A stretch of DNA of 64,000 bases from an uncultured Alphaproteobacteria bacterium (GCA_902560725.1 CACEMR010000005.1:3287-67286), one strand, 5' to 3'. Positions 28,297-38,725 are shown, counted from the first letter of the stretch. Translations and numbers: made by a program. The notes: generated from the sequence alone by a model not told the origin.

Positions 28297-29811
28297 ATGA
28301 GTTTTTATATTACAACTCCAATTTATTATACAAATGATATTCCTCATATTGGTCATGCCTATACTACAATAGCATGTGATATCCGAGCTAGATATAATAA
28401 TATAGATAATGGCGAAGTGTTATTTTTATCTGGAACTGATGAACATGGTCAAAAAGTTGAAAAAGCTGCAAAGGATGCAAATATTGATCCAAAATTATTT
28501 GTTGATAAATTATCAATTAATTTTGAGAAATTAATTCCATCTTTAGGATGTGAAATTAATGATTTTATAAGAACTACAGAAACACGGCATATTAAAGCTG
28601 CTCAGGCATTATGGAGTAAGCTTGTAGAAAATAATCAAATTTATTTATCAAATTATGAAGGATGGTATTCAGTAAGGGATGAGGCGTTTTATCAAGAAAG
28701 TGAATTACAAAAAGTAGATGGTAAATTTGTAACTAAAGATGGCTCACCTGTTGAGTGGATAAAAGAAGAAAGTTATTTTTTTAAATTATCTGAATGGCAA
28801 GAAAAGTTGCTGGAATATTATGAAAGTTATAATAGACCTATTTCTCCAGAAAGTAGAAGAAATGAAGTCATTAGTTTTGTTAAAAGTGGCTTGAAGGATC
28901 TTTCTATATCAAGAACTACTTTTAAATGGGGTATACCTGTTCCTAATAATAAAGATCATGTTATGTATGTATGGATTGATGCTTTATGCAATTATTTAAG
29001 TGCAATAGGATATCCTGATACAAATTCTAATAAATTCAAAAAATATTGGCCTGCTTTCCATGTTGTAGGAAAAGATATATTAAGATTTCATGCTGTTTAT
29101 TGGCCTGCATTTTTAATGGCTGCTGATCTGGAACCACCTTTAAAAATTTTTGCTCATGGATGGTGGACTAATGAAGGTCAAAAAATTTCTAAATCACTTG
29201 GAAATGTAATAGATCCCTATGAAATTATCAATGAATATGGATTAGATCAAATAAGATATTTTTTATTTAGAGAAGTTCCTTTTGGTAAAGATGGTAATTT
29301 TTCAAGAAACTCTATTTCAACAAGAGTTAATGCAGATTTATCTAATACTTATGGTAATTTAATTCAAAGAATTGCAACGTTCGTTGTGAAAAATTGTGAC
29401 TCTAAAATAACACCCTCTAATAACTTAACTGATAAAGATAGAGAATTACAAGAAATAATTCAAAATACTGTTGTAAATTATCATCGTGAGATGGGTGAAA
29501 TGCTTTTTGATTTGTCATTAAAAAATATAATGAGTTTATTGAACGAAGCAAATGCATATGTCGACTCCCAAGCACCTTGGAAGCTTAAAACAACAGATCC
29601 AGAAAGAATGAAAGTTGTTTTATATATTGTTTTAAATATTATTATTAAATCCTCCATTATGCTATATCCATTTATTCCACAAAGTGCAGAAAAGGCTTTA
29701 TCTTTTTTTAATATTTCAAAAGATCAAATAAGCTTTAAAGATTTAGAACTGTTAATTTTGTCTGATATAACAATTAATAATCCAAAGCCTTTATTTCCTA
29801 GAATTGATTAA
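28297..29811 (+). CDS. metG: Methionine--tRNA ligase (short form without C-terminal tRNA-binding domain)
   Basis: 504 aa. HIGHAYT (HIGH) and KISKSLG (KMSKS) motifs. Confidence 0.95.
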   Translation: MSFYITTPIYYTNDIPHIGHAYTTIACDIRARYNNIDNGEVLFLSGTDEHGQKVEKAAKDANIDPKLFVDKLSINFEKLIPSLGCEINDFIRTTETRHIKAAQALWSKLVENNQIYLSNYEGWYSVRDEAFYQESELQKVDGKFVTKDGSPVEWIKEESYFFKLSEWQEKLLEYYESYNRPISPESRRNEVISFVKSGLKDLSISRTTFKWGIPVPNNKDHVMYVWIDALCNYLSAIGYPDTNSNKFKKYWPAFHVVGKDILRFHAVYWPAFLMAADLEPPLKIFAHGWWTNEGQKISKSLGNVIDPYEIINEYGLDQIRYFLFREVPFGKDGNFSRNSISTRVNADLSNTYGNLIQRIATFVVKNCDSKITPSNNLTDKDRELQEIIQNTVVNYHREMGEMLFDLSLKNIMSLLNEANAYVDSQAPWKLKTTDPERMKVVLYIVLNIIIKSSIMLYPFIPQSAEKALSFFNISKDQISFKDLELLILSDITINNPKPLFPRID

Positions 29812-30593
29812 TGATTGATTCACATTGTCATTTAAATTTTAAAAAAATAGCTAATAATATTGATCAAATTATTAAAAATTCTAAGGTCAACAATGTAACT
29901 TCAATATTATCAATCAATACTAATCCATTAAAATTTAATGAACACTTGAATTTAATTAAAAATTATAAAGGTATTTATATATCTTATGGTCTTCATCCTT
30001 GTGAGATAACATCATTTGATCAATTACATTTATTAGATTTTGATAAGTACTTAAAAGATCCTAATGTTGTTGGAATAGGAGAAACAGGTATAGATTTATT
30101 CCACTCTCAAAATTATTACAAAGAGCAAGTTCAATCTTTTGAAATGCACATTGAAGCATCTATTAAACATAATATACCTATTATTATACATCAAAGAAAT
30201 TCAGAAAATGAAATTATTAATATTTTAAAAAATTATATTAATAATAACTTAAAACTAGTTTTCCATTGCTTTGCAGGATCAAACTATCTATTAGATTTTT
30301 GTTTACAAAATAAATTTTATATATCACTCTCAGGTATTGTAACTTTTAAAAATGCTATAAACTTACGTAATACTATAAAAAATTTTCCATTAGAATATAT
30401 TCTAATAGAAACTGACAGCCCATTTTTAGCCCCAGTTCCAATGAGAGGTAAGGATAACGAACCTTCATATATCAAATATACTGCTGAATATCTTTCTAAT
30501 TTTTACAATTTAACTTTTGATGAATTTGAAACAATTACTGACAATAATTTTTTTAAATTGTTTAATAAAACAAAAAGATATAACTATTTATAA
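29811..30593 (+). CDS. tatD: TatD-family metal-dependent hydrolase/DNase
   Basis: 260 aa. IDSHCHLNF, GEIGLD-like GETGIDL, HCF and ETDSPFLAP motifs. Confidence 0.9.
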   Translation: MIDSHCHLNFKKIANNIDQIIKNSKVNNVTSILSINTNPLKFNEHLNLIKNYKGIYISYGLHPCEITSFDQLHLLDFDKYLKDPNVVGIGETGIDLFHSQNYYKEQVQSFEMHIEASIKHNIPIIIHQRNSENEIINILKNYINNNLKLVFHCFAGSNYLLDFCLQNKFYISLSGIVTFKNAINLRNTIKNFPLEYILIETDSPFLAPVPMRGKDNEPSYIKYTAEYLSNFYNLTFDEFETITDNNFFKLFNKTKRYNYL

Positions 30594-31345
30594 TGAAAAT
30601 TACTATTCTTGGTTGTGGAGGATCATTTGGCTCACCTCTTGCGTGGCAAAGACATGGTAATATTGATTTATTGAATAAAAAAAACTTTAGAACTCGTTCT
30701 TCTGTATTGGTTCAAATTAATAAAAAAAATATTTTAATTGATACTAGTCCAGATCTTAGAAATCAACTTTATGATGCTAAATGTACTAATATTGATGCAG
30801 TTTTATATTCTCACGAACATTCAGACCATACATCAGGTATACCAGATATGAGGGCTATGTCTTTAATAAATAAAAAAATTATACCTGCTTTTATGCCAAA
30901 ACATATGATTCCCAAAATGGAAAGTTTTTATAATTATATTTTTAATGGTGAAAAAGATTATTTGCCATTTATGGAAATAAAAGAATTAAAAAATTCTTTT
31001 AAATTTAATAATATTGATATTGAAACTTTTACTCACAATCATGGTTCAATTGATGTACAAACTTTTAAAATAGGTAGTTTTGCTTATTCTACTGACTTAA
31101 AAAAATTTTACGATAATGATATTGATAAATTGAAAAATCTTGATCTTTGGATTGTTGGTCTTTTAAGAGAAGATGATCATCCTGCTCATGCAGGTTTTGA
31201 TAAAATATTAGAATATATTAATTATATTAAACCTAAAAAAACTATATTTACACATATGACCGCATTATTAGATGAGGTTACATTAAAATCAAAATGCCCT
31301 AAAAATGTCTATCCTGGATATGATGGTATGGTAATAGATTTATGA
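30593..31345 (+). CDS. MBL-fold metallo-hydrolase (PhnP/GPMBL-like)
   Basis: 250 aa. HEHSDH metallo-beta-lactamase motif. Follows tatD as in other alphaproteobacteria. Confidence 0.8.
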   Translation: MKITILGCGGSFGSPLAWQRHGNIDLLNKKNFRTRSSVLVQINKKNILIDTSPDLRNQLYDAKCTNIDAVLYSHEHSDHTSGIPDMRAMSLINKKIIPAFMPKHMIPKMESFYNYIFNGEKDYLPFMEIKELKNSFKFNNIDIETFTHNHGSIDVQTFKIGSFAYSTDLKKFYDNDIDKLKNLDLWIVGLLREDDHPAHAGFDKILEYINYIKPKKTIFTHMTALLDEVTLKSKCPKNVYPGYDGMVIDL

Positions 31346-32283
31346 AAAATGAAGTTGTTGGTTTTATAGGAATTGGCAATGTTGGCTCAAAACTTGCAAA
31401 TAATTTAGCAAAAAAAAATAAAAAATTATTCATTTTTGATTTAAATAAAAATACTTATTCTAAATTTAAAAGTAAAAATATTATTAAATGTAAAAATCTG
31501 GATGAAATATCTTATAATTGTTCAATTATTATTACTTGTTTACCTTCACCTATAGCCGTTAACCAAGTTATTGACTCTTTAATTCCTAATATTAAAAGAA
31601 ATCATTTATGGATTGAAATGAGTACAACCGATAAAAATGAAATGATAAGATTAGCTAAATTAATCAAAAAAAAAGGGGGTGAGGTTTTAGAATCACCAAT
31701 TACTGGAGGTGAACATAGGGCGGATTCAGGTAATATTTCTATATTATCGGCTGGTGAAAGAAAAAATTTTAACAGAGCATTTCCATATTTATCAAAAATG
31801 GGTCATCAAATATTATTCTGTGGAAAATTAGGAAATGCTTCAATCTTAAAATTAATAACAAATTATTTAGCATCACTACATTTAATTGGTATTGGTGAGG
31901 CGTTAGGAGTTGCAAAAAAACATAATATTAATTTAAACTTAGCACATAAAGCAATTTCAATAAGTTCAGGAAATAGTTTTGTTAATGATACAGAAACAAA
32001 AGTTATTTTATCTGGATCATATGACGTCGGATTTACAATGGATTTAGTTAATAAAGACTTATCTTTATTCAATAAATTAGCAACAGAAAAAAGTATAAAT
32101 GTTGAATTAGGAAAAATAATAAATAAAATATTTAAAAAAGGTATGAAACATTTTGGTAATAGGTCTTTTAGTACTAAAATTGTAAAATTAATTGAAAATG
32201 AATATAAAATTAAATTTAGATCTAAAAATTTTCCTAAACAATTAAAAGATATCAATTCTAAACAAAAAGGTATTGAGATTTAA
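31342..32283 (+). CDS. NAD(P)-dependent 3-hydroxyisobutyrate/6-phosphogluconate dehydrogenase-family oxidoreductase
   Basis: 313 aa. Rossmann N-terminus VGFIGIGNVGSKLANNL, plus PITGGEHRADSGNISIL and KLITNYL motifs. Confidence 0.8.
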   Translation: MKNEVVGFIGIGNVGSKLANNLAKKNKKLFIFDLNKNTYSKFKSKNIIKCKNLDEISYNCSIIITCLPSPIAVNQVIDSLIPNIKRNHLWIEMSTTDKNEMIRLAKLIKKKGGEVLESPITGGEHRADSGNISILSAGERKNFNRAFPYLSKMGHQILFCGKLGNASILKLITNYLASLHLIGIGEALGVAKKHNINLNLAHKAISISSGNSFVNDTETKVILSGSYDVGFTMDLVNKDLSLFNKLATEKSINVELGKIINKIFKKGMKHFGNRSFSTKIVKLIENEYKIKFRSKNFPKQLKDINSKQKGIEI

Positions 32284-33238
32284 TATAATGAACAAAAGTA
32301 AATTAATTTCTGCGGATCAAGATCCAAGAAACCCATCATATAAATTTAAAGATATGGAAAATGAAGAAGTTGAAAATTCAAATAAATTTAATGAATATGT
32401 AAATAAAAATAAAGTTATTAAAATCTTTTCTGGTACACTTTGGGCAGAGGGCCCAGCTTTCATACCTCATTTAAATACATTAATCTGGAGTGATATACCA
32501 AATAATAGAATGATGAAACTAGTTGATGGAAAGGTATCTGAATATAAAAATCCCTCTAACTATTGTAATGGTAATACAATTGATAATAGTGAAAATTTAA
32601 TATCATGTTCACACGGTGGTCGTTGTATTTATAAAACAGATGATAATCTTAACACTGAAATATTAATAGATAATTATTTAGGAAAAAAATTTAATTCACC
32701 AAATGATGTATACGTTGATTCAGATGATAATATATGGTTTACAGATCCTCCATATGGGATTTTAACTGACTATGAAGGATATCCTGGTGAACAGGAATAC
32801 GATGGATGTTATGTCTTTTCTTACAATCCACATTTAAAAGAATTAAATGTTGTTATTAAAGATCTTGTTAGGCCAAACGGTATAACAATGTCTTCTGATG
32901 AAAAAAAATTATATGTTGCTGACACTGGTGAAAATATTAAACATTTATACTCATATGATTTGAATGATAGAAAAGCTTTGAATAAAAAGAAAATATATGA
33001 TTTTAAACCTTTTTTTTCTGATGGTTTTAGATGTGATAAAGATGGAAATATATGGACTAGTGCAGGTAAAGCTATTAAATGTTTTAATCCTAGTTTCGAT
33101 TTAATTGGCCAAATAAAAATCCCTGAATTAGTTTCAAATTGTGAATTTGGCGGTCCAGATGGTAATATTTTATTCATTACAGCTACAACTAGCCTCTACT
33201 CAATTGAGTTAAATCAACAAGGAGCCAAATTTGATTAA
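32273..33238 (+). CDS. SMP-30/gluconolactonase/LRE-family lactonase
   Basis: 321 aa (the real start may be ATG 32288, MNKSK). EGPAF, NSPNDV, FTDPPYG, RPNGI and LYVADTG are beta-propeller motifs. Confidence 0.8.
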   Translation: MRFNIMNKSKLISADQDPRNPSYKFKDMENEEVENSNKFNEYVNKNKVIKIFSGTLWAEGPAFIPHLNTLIWSDIPNNRMMKLVDGKVSEYKNPSNYCNGNTIDNSENLISCSHGGRCIYKTDDNLNTEILIDNYLGKKFNSPNDVYVDSDDNIWFTDPPYGILTDYEGYPGEQEYDGCYVFSYNPHLKELNVVIKDLVRPNGITMSSDEKKLYVADTGENIKHLYSYDLNDRKALNKKKIYDFKPFFSDGFRCDKDGNIWTSAGKAIKCFNPSFDLIGQIKIPELVSNCEFGGPDGNILFITATTSLYSIELNQQGAKFD

Positions 33239-33566
33239 AAATAAAGATCTATCTAAAATTAAATGCGAACCGTGTAATGGTAATACACCTAAATTAAATT
33301 TTGAAGAAATTAGTAAATATTTATCAACTCTTAATGAATGGTCAGTTAATGATAATCAAGATATGATTTTTAAGAAATTTAAATTTAAAAATTTTAATGA
33401 TGCTCTAAATTATGCAAATAAAATTGGAGAATTATCTGATAAAGAAGGTCATCATCCAGATATATCTATTGGCTGGGGTTATTGTTTAATTATGATGCAT
33501 ACACATGCAATTAAAGGTTTATCAGTTAATGATTTTATTTTAGCAACAAAAATAGATTTGATATAA
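33231..33566 (+). CDS. phhB: Pterin-4-alpha-carbinolamine dehydratase
   Basis: 111 aa, TTG start. F.F.NF..A..Y.N.I....D.EGHHPD motif. Confidence 0.85.
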   Translation: MIKNKDLSKIKCEPCNGNTPKLNFEEISKYLSTLNEWSVNDNQDMIFKKFKFKNFNDALNYANKIGELSDKEGHHPDISIGWGYCLIMMHTHAIKGLSVNDFILATKIDLI

Positions 33567-33572
33567 ATAAAT

Positions 33573-34118
33573 ATGAAAATTAGTAAAAATTTTGATCAAT
33601 ATAAAGATTCTATAAATGCTATTTTATCAAAAATTTCTCAAAGTTATATAAATCAAACTATTAAAATTATTAAAAATACAATTTTAAAAAAAGGGACAAT
33701 ATATATTGTCGGTAATGGAGGTAGTGCTTCTATTGCAAGTCATGTTAGTGTAGATTTTGCTAAAGCTGCTAGAATTAAATCTTCGACATTTAATAATGCT
33801 AATTTAATAACTTGTTTTGCTAATGATTATGGATATGAAAATTGGGCAACTGAAGCTATAAAAGCTTATTTAAATAAAAATGATATGGTAATTTTAATAA
33901 GCAGTAGTGGAACTTCAAAAAATATTGTTAATGCTGCAAAATATTGTAAAAAAAATTCTATTAATTTAATTACTTTTAGTGGTTTTAAAAAAAATAACCC
34001 TCTATCGAAACTAGGAAATGTTAATTTTTATATTAATAGTAGAATTTATAATTTTATTGAAATGGCCCATCATATTATATTAGTTTATCTTGTTGATTAT
34101 TTTACAAAATATAAATAA
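33573..34118 (+). CDS. SIS-domain sugar-phosphate isomerase (GmhA/DiaA-like)
   Basis: 181 aa. VGNGGSASIASHVSVDF and ISSSGTSKNIV are SIS motifs. Confidence 0.75.
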   Translation: MKISKNFDQYKDSINAILSKISQSYINQTIKIIKNTILKKGTIYIVGNGGSASIASHVSVDFAKAARIKSSTFNNANLITCFANDYGYENWATEAIKAYLNKNDMVILISSSGTSKNIVNAAKYCKKNSINLITFSGFKKNNPLSKLGNVNFYINSRIYNFIEMAHHIILVYLVDYFTKYK

Positions 34119-34142
34119 CTTTATTCTATTTATTTTATTAAA

Positions 34143-35543
34143 TTAAGTGCCACAAAAAGTTTCGTAAACTCTTTCATCATTTTTTGGTTTATTAAAGTAA
34201 TTTGTTTTTATTAATTCTTTATTATATGGATTTTTAAGTATCTCAGCAAATTCATACAAATTTTCATTATTATTATTTGAAGATTCATTAATAATTTTTT
34301 CAATAATATGATTTCTAGGTATAATAACAGGATTTGCTTTGTCATATTTTAATAATTTTTTATTTTGATAAACATTTAACCATTTTTTAAAAATTTTATC
34401 ATCTAAATTGTTATTTTCTAAATTAATAAAAGTATTTGTATAATCTAATTTGTGAATATGCATTAAATCTAAAAAATCATTAACTATTTCTTTGTTATTG
34501 TGATTTGTATCTAAACTAAGTTTTTTACTCATCATATTTAGCCATTTTTTTTCAAACATTTCTTTATATTCATTTAAAATATTCTCTATGATGGAAATTG
34601 ATTTCTTTTCATTATTATCAATTAAATGAAGAAATGTTTCGGCTAATCTAGCTAAATTCCAGAAACAAATTTTTGACTGGTTTTCATATGAATATCTTCC
34701 CATTTTATCAATTGAACTAAAAACTGTTTTTGGATTATAAATATCTAAGAAAGCACATGGGCCATAATCAATTGTTTCTCCTGATAAACTCATATTATCA
34801 GTATTCATTACTCCATGAATAAAACCAACTCTCATCCATTCGATTATTAAATTAATTTGTAGTTCACATATTTTTTTAAAAAAAATTATATATTTTTGAT
34901 TGTTATTTTCTATTTCAGGAAAAAGCCTATTTATTGTGTATGTAATTAAATTATCAAAATCTGAAGTATTTTTTAAAAGACTACCAAATTGAAAAGTTCC
35001 AACCCTAATATGTGATTTTGCAACCCTTACTAATATAGCTCCTGGTTCAAATTTTTCTCTTAATATTTTTTCTCCTGTTGTTATAACAGCTAAAGCTCTA
35101 GTAGATGGGATTTGTAAATGATGCATTGCTTCACTTATTAAATATTCCCTTATCATTGGACCTAGTGTTGCTTTTCCATCCCCATTTCTTGAATATGGAG
35201 TTTGTCCTGATCCTTTAAGTTGTATATCAAATCTTTTGTTATCTTTATTTATATGTTCTCCAAGTAAAAGTGCTCTTCCATCGCCTAGTATAGTAAAATG
35301 GCCAAACTGATGACCTGCATAAGCCTGAGAAAAGAATTGTTTATTGTCTATTTTTTTACCAAGTAAAATATCACAAATTTCATGATCATTATTATTATTG
35401 AAGTCTATATCAAGTTCATTTGCAAGATCATGATTGAATAATAATAATTTAGGTTTTTCATAAATATCAGGTTTTACATTTCTATAATATATATTTGGCA
35501 ATTCAGTATAACTGTAATCAAAATTCCAATCCATATAATCCAA
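34143..35543 (-). CDS. selO: Protein adenylyltransferase SelO (YdiU/UPF0061)
   Basis: 466 aa. AGHQFG, GDGRALLLGE, QLKGSGQTPYSR, DGKATLGPMIREYLISEAMHHLQIPSTRALA and HGVMNTDNMS motifs. Confidence 0.9.
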   Translation of the reverse strand: MDYMDWNFDYSYTELPNIYYRNVKPDIYEKPKLLLFNHDLANELDIDFNNNNDHEICDILLGKKIDNKQFFSQAYAGHQFGHFTILGDGRALLLGEHINKDNKRFDIQLKGSGQTPYSRNGDGKATLGPMIREYLISEAMHHLQIPSTRALAVITTGEKILREKFEPGAILVRVAKSHIRVGTFQFGSLLKNTSDFDNLITYTINRLFPEIENNNQKYIIFFKKICELQINLIIEWMRVGFIHGVMNTDNMSLSGETIDYGPCAFLDIYNPKTVFSSIDKMGRYSYENQSKICFWNLARLAETFLHLIDNNEKKSISIIENILNEYKEMFEKKWLNMMSKKLSLDTNHNNKEIVNDFLDLMHIHKLDYTNTFINLENNNLDDKIFKKWLNVYQNKKLLKYDKANPVIIPRNHIIEKIINESSNNNNENLYEFAEILKNPYNKELIKTNYFNKPKNDERVYETFCGT

Positions 35544-35601
35544 ATATATATTATTTATTTTAATTTAACATGAATGACTTTAGTATATAATTTATAAATT
35601 T

Positions 35602-36384
35602 ATGAATAATCTTAAAGAATTAATCAATTATAATCTCCATCCTTTAGATAATCTTGAATATATTAATCAATGTAAAGAGGAGATAATGAGTAATTCTATA
35701 TTAATATTAAATCATTTCTTAACAAAAGAATGTCTGGATGCACTAATTTCAGAAGCTATTCAATTAGAAGAAAAAGCATTTTATTGTTCCCAAAATCATA
35801 CAATTTTATTGAATAAATATGATCCTACTAAAGATAAAGATGATCCTCTAAATATTGAAGTAAAAAGTGATAAAGGTTGTGTACCACACGATTTATTAGA
35901 TAAAAAATCTAAATTAAACATAATTTATAATTCTAAAATCTTTAAAAATTTTTTGAAAGAAGTTTTGAATTTAAATAATTTATATCCTTATTCAGATCCT
36001 TTATCTTCAATAAATTATAATTATTATAAAAAAAACCAACAATTAGGGTGGCATTTTGATAATGCTTCTTTTGCTATTACTTTAATGATTCAATCAGCAG
36101 ATAGCGGTGGTGAATTTGAATATGTGAGCAAAGGAAGAGATTATAATAAAAACTATATTGATAAATTATTTATAAAAAAAATATTAGAAAATTGCATAAA
36201 AGTAAATAAAATTAATGCTGATCCAGGTACACTTGTTTTATTTTATGGAAGAAATTATCTACACAGAGTCACACCTAATTCATCAGATAAATCAAGAATT
36301 TTAATCACGTTGAATTATAATGAAGAAGAAGGTACTCAGTTATCTGAGAATGCGAGGTTAACTTTTTTTGGAAGAATAAGTTAA
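35602..36384 (+). CDS. 2-oxoglutarate/Fe(II)-dependent oxygenase (HxD facial triad)
   Basis: 260 aa. WHFDN (H-x-D), distal His in YLHRVTP, followed by R..ITLNY. The Asp indicates hydroxylase type rather than halogenase type. Confidence 0.6.
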   Translation: MNNLKELINYNLHPLDNLEYINQCKEEIMSNSILILNHFLTKECLDALISEAIQLEEKAFYCSQNHTILLNKYDPTKDKDDPLNIEVKSDKGCVPHDLLDKKSKLNIIYNSKIFKNFLKEVLNLNNLYPYSDPLSSINYNYYKKNQQLGWHFDNASFAITLMIQSADSGGEFEYVSKGRDYNKNYIDKLFIKKILENCIKVNKINADPGTLVLFYGRNYLHRVTPNSSDKSRILITLNYNEEEGTQLSENARLTFFGRIS

Positions 36385-37229
36385 TGATGATTAAAAAAAA
36401 ATAATTGCCGACCATTTTTTTTGAAATTGTTGATTAATATTTTTGCTGAGTCTGAGATTATCCAATTAATATATATTTCTGCATCTTTAATATTAAGATT
36501 TCTATTTAATTCTTTATTAACTAATATAACACCATATTGATTAAATAATGGTGGTAAGTTTTCGCAAACAATTTTTAAATTTTCCTTTTTATTAAATGAG
36601 ATCCAAGTGCTTCTATCACTTAAGGTATAAGCTCTTTTATTATTTGAAATTAATAATGTTTGCCCCATACCTTGACCTACACTTAAATACCAATTCATAT
36701 GATTTTCAGTATTGATTTTTATTAAATCCCAAAGTTCTTTTTCTTTTTTATGTGTACCACTATTATCTCCTCTTGAAATAAAGTTTAATTTATTATTTGC
36801 AATTTCTTTTAATTTATCTTCTATGGAACTACATTTTTTATTATCACTATTCGGTCCAACTAGGACAAAATCATTGTACATTAAATCATATCTTAATTTT
36901 CCATAACCTTTATTCATAAAAGCTAATTCAGATTGCGTATGATGAACTAATAAAATTTCTACATTTCCATCTTTAGCAATTCTAATTGCCTGACCTGTTC
37001 CTAATGAAATTACATTTGTTTTGATATTAAATTTTTTTGTAAATTCTTTATTAATTGTTTTTAGCAATCCTGTATCATGTGTTGATGTTGTGCTTGCTAT
37101 GGTAATTGTATTTTCTTTTGCATATATCTTTTCACTAAAAAAAATAAAAGGTAATAATATCAATAATTTAAACATATTTTTTAAAATAAATTTTAATTTA
37201 GTTATTTGTTTTAACATCTTACAATACAA
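36381..37229 (-). CDS. TupA-like (tungstate/oxyanion-type, PBP_like_2) periplasmic substrate-binding protein, orphan
   Basis: 282 aa with a signal peptide. ITIASTTSTHDTGLL ... LGTGQAIRIAKDGNVEILLVHH ... MYNDFVLVGP closely follows the TupA-family pattern (ATTTSTxDSGLL...GTGQAL...GDVDVLLVH...MYNDFVIVGP). No permease or ATPase gene nearby. Confidence 0.75.
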   Translation of the reverse strand: MYCKMLKQITKLKFILKNMFKLLILLPFIFFSEKIYAKENTITIASTTSTHDTGLLKTINKEFTKKFNIKTNVISLGTGQAIRIAKDGNVEILLVHHTQSELAFMNKGYGKLRYDLMYNDFVLVGPNSDNKKCSSIEDKLKEIANNKLNFISRGDNSGTHKKEKELWDLIKINTENHMNWYLSVGQGMGQTLLISNNKRAYTLSDRSTWISFNKKENLKIVCENLPPLFNQYGVILVNKELNRNLNIKDAEIYINWIISDSAKILINNFKKNGRQLFFFNHH

Positions 37230-37271
37230 AAAATTATAATTATCTATTTATTATTATTTGAAAGGAAAAAC

Positions 37272-37457
37272 ATGAAAATTTTAAAAGTTTTAGAAAATAC
37301 TGAGATAGTAGTAGTAGACTTGGAAGTAAATCTAGGCAAAGAAAAGAGAAATGGTTTAACATTATGTGTAAAATACAAGGGCGACTTTTATCCGTTAAAT
37401 ACCGCTCATGATGGAAGACCAATATTAATGAATAAAGAAAATGCTATTAAAAATTAA
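37272..37457 (+). CDS. Hypothetical small protein (61 aa)
   Basis: AAGGA Shine-Dalgarno-like sequence 5 nt upstream of the ATG, which is unusual here. No recognisable family. Its 3' end overlaps the convergent DUF3147 gene by 11 nt. Confidence 0.45.
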   Translation: MKILKVLENTEIVVVDLEVNLGKEKRNGLTLCVKYKGDFYPLNTAHDGRPILMNKENAIKN

Positions 37458-37794
37458 AATTAATTTTTTTTATTAATATTATAAAAAAAAAATACGCTAA
37501 ACTAGTGCTTAAAATAGCTACAACTATTGAAAAAGTAAAGTTTTGTTTCAATTTTAACATTATTGGTAATAAGATAAAAAATAGAATTGATGGAATTGTC
37601 ATTACAATTGTACCTAATGATAAATCAATTACTTTTTGAACATCCCTGGTATCATAATATAACCAAATAAATGCTAATAATGATGTTAGAGGAATAGAAA
37701 CGATTACTGCAGCAGTCCAAGTATATTTTTTTGCAATTTCTGAGACTAAAACGATAATTAATGCCGTAACTATAGTTTTTATTATAAAATACAT
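37447..37794 (-). CDS. DUF3147-family small membrane protein
   Basis: 115 aa, 4 TM. IVLVSEIAKKYTWTAAVIVSIPLTSLLAFIWLY resembles the DUF3147 N-terminal pattern. Confidence 0.55.
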   Translation of the reverse strand: MYFIIKTIVTALIIVLVSEIAKKYTWTAAVIVSIPLTSLLAFIWLYYDTRDVQKVIDLSLGTIVMTIPSILFFILLPIMLKLKQNFTFSIVVAILSTSLAYFFFIILIKKINFNF

Positions 37795-37816
37795 ATATTC
37801 TAACTAATATATAATC

Positions 37817-38677
37817 TCATTTTCTAGTAGCAATATATACACCAAAAGTACATATTAGTAGTCCCAAAATATCAATTGCATATAACCTTTCTCCCAATAC
37901 AAAATATGCCATAATTGCAGTAGTAGGTGGCACCAAAAAAAAAAGGTTTGAAGTTTTGCTTGCTGTGCCAGTTTTTAATAAATACATTAAAATAGCATAT
38001 GCACCAAATGATACCATAATTATCTGCCATCCCATTGACAATATAAATCTATTATCAAAATTTATTAGAGGAATTTCAAAATTAAAAGAGATTAACAATA
38101 AAAAAAATGTAGCAGCTAATGCTTGATAAAAATTATTTACAGACAATGTCATATTACTATTAAATTTTTTTTGCCAAATAGTTGCAATAGTTGCTCCAAT
38201 TAAGGCTATTATTGAAGCTATGATACCTAAAATTGGGATACTACTGCCTATATCATAACCAATTACAAACACAGTACCTATAAAACCAAGAATAATTCCT
38301 ATCCATTGAATAACAGTAACTCTTTCTTTCAATATTGGACCACTAAGAATATTTGTCAAGATAGGTTGTAGTCCAACAATCAATGCTGATAAAGTTGCCG
38401 ATAGACCAACTGAATAAGAAAAAAAAACTCCACCAAGATAAAAACCATGAAATAAAATACCTGTAATAGAAGCTTGAAATATTAAATTTAAATTTACTAA
38501 AATTTTTTCTCTAAAATAAAAGGAAAATAATAAAAAAAAAATTGAGACAATAAAAAATCTAAATGATAAAGCAGCAAATGGAGTTGCTGATTGAACTATA
38601 AATTGCCCACTTATAAAAGCAGAGCTCCAAAAAAATACAAAAAGATATGGAAAATATAAGTTCATAAAAAATATCAA
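37817..38677 (-). CDS. EamA/DMT-family permease
   Basis: 286 aa, 10 TM. LKERVTVIQWIGIILGFIGTVFVIG motif. Confidence 0.8.
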   Translation of the reverse strand: MIFFMNLYFPYLFVFFWSSAFISGQFIVQSATPFAALSFRFFIVSIFFLLFSFYFREKILVNLNLIFQASITGILFHGFYLGGVFFSYSVGLSATLSALIVGLQPILTNILSGPILKERVTVIQWIGIILGFIGTVFVIGYDIGSSIPILGIIASIIALIGATIATIWQKKFNSNMTLSVNNFYQALAATFFLLLISFNFEIPLINFDNRFILSMGWQIIMVSFGAYAILMYLLKTGTASKTSNLFFLVPPTTAIMAYFVLGERLYAIDILGLLICTFGVYIATRK

Positions 38678-38725
38678 TATAAATATTCATTTATAAATGT
38701 TATGAAAATTTATTCATAGTTCTTT

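Noticed and set aside
31863-32255. 130-aa antisense ORF, plus the other antisense or shadow ORFs in the track: 1667-1852, 2490-2732, 5357-5578, 7625-7906, 8159-8353, 11677-11865, 12132-12443, 14581-14877, 22894-23085, 32821-33177, 36712-36906, 37021-37239, 37240-37422, 41899-42096, 45925-46203, 49061-49252, 51039-51251, 59316-59504 and 62717-62926.
   Set aside because: Each lies entirely inside, or opposite, a gene with strong family motifs. Their translations are low-complexity or atypical and show no motifs. They are best explained as frame shadows.
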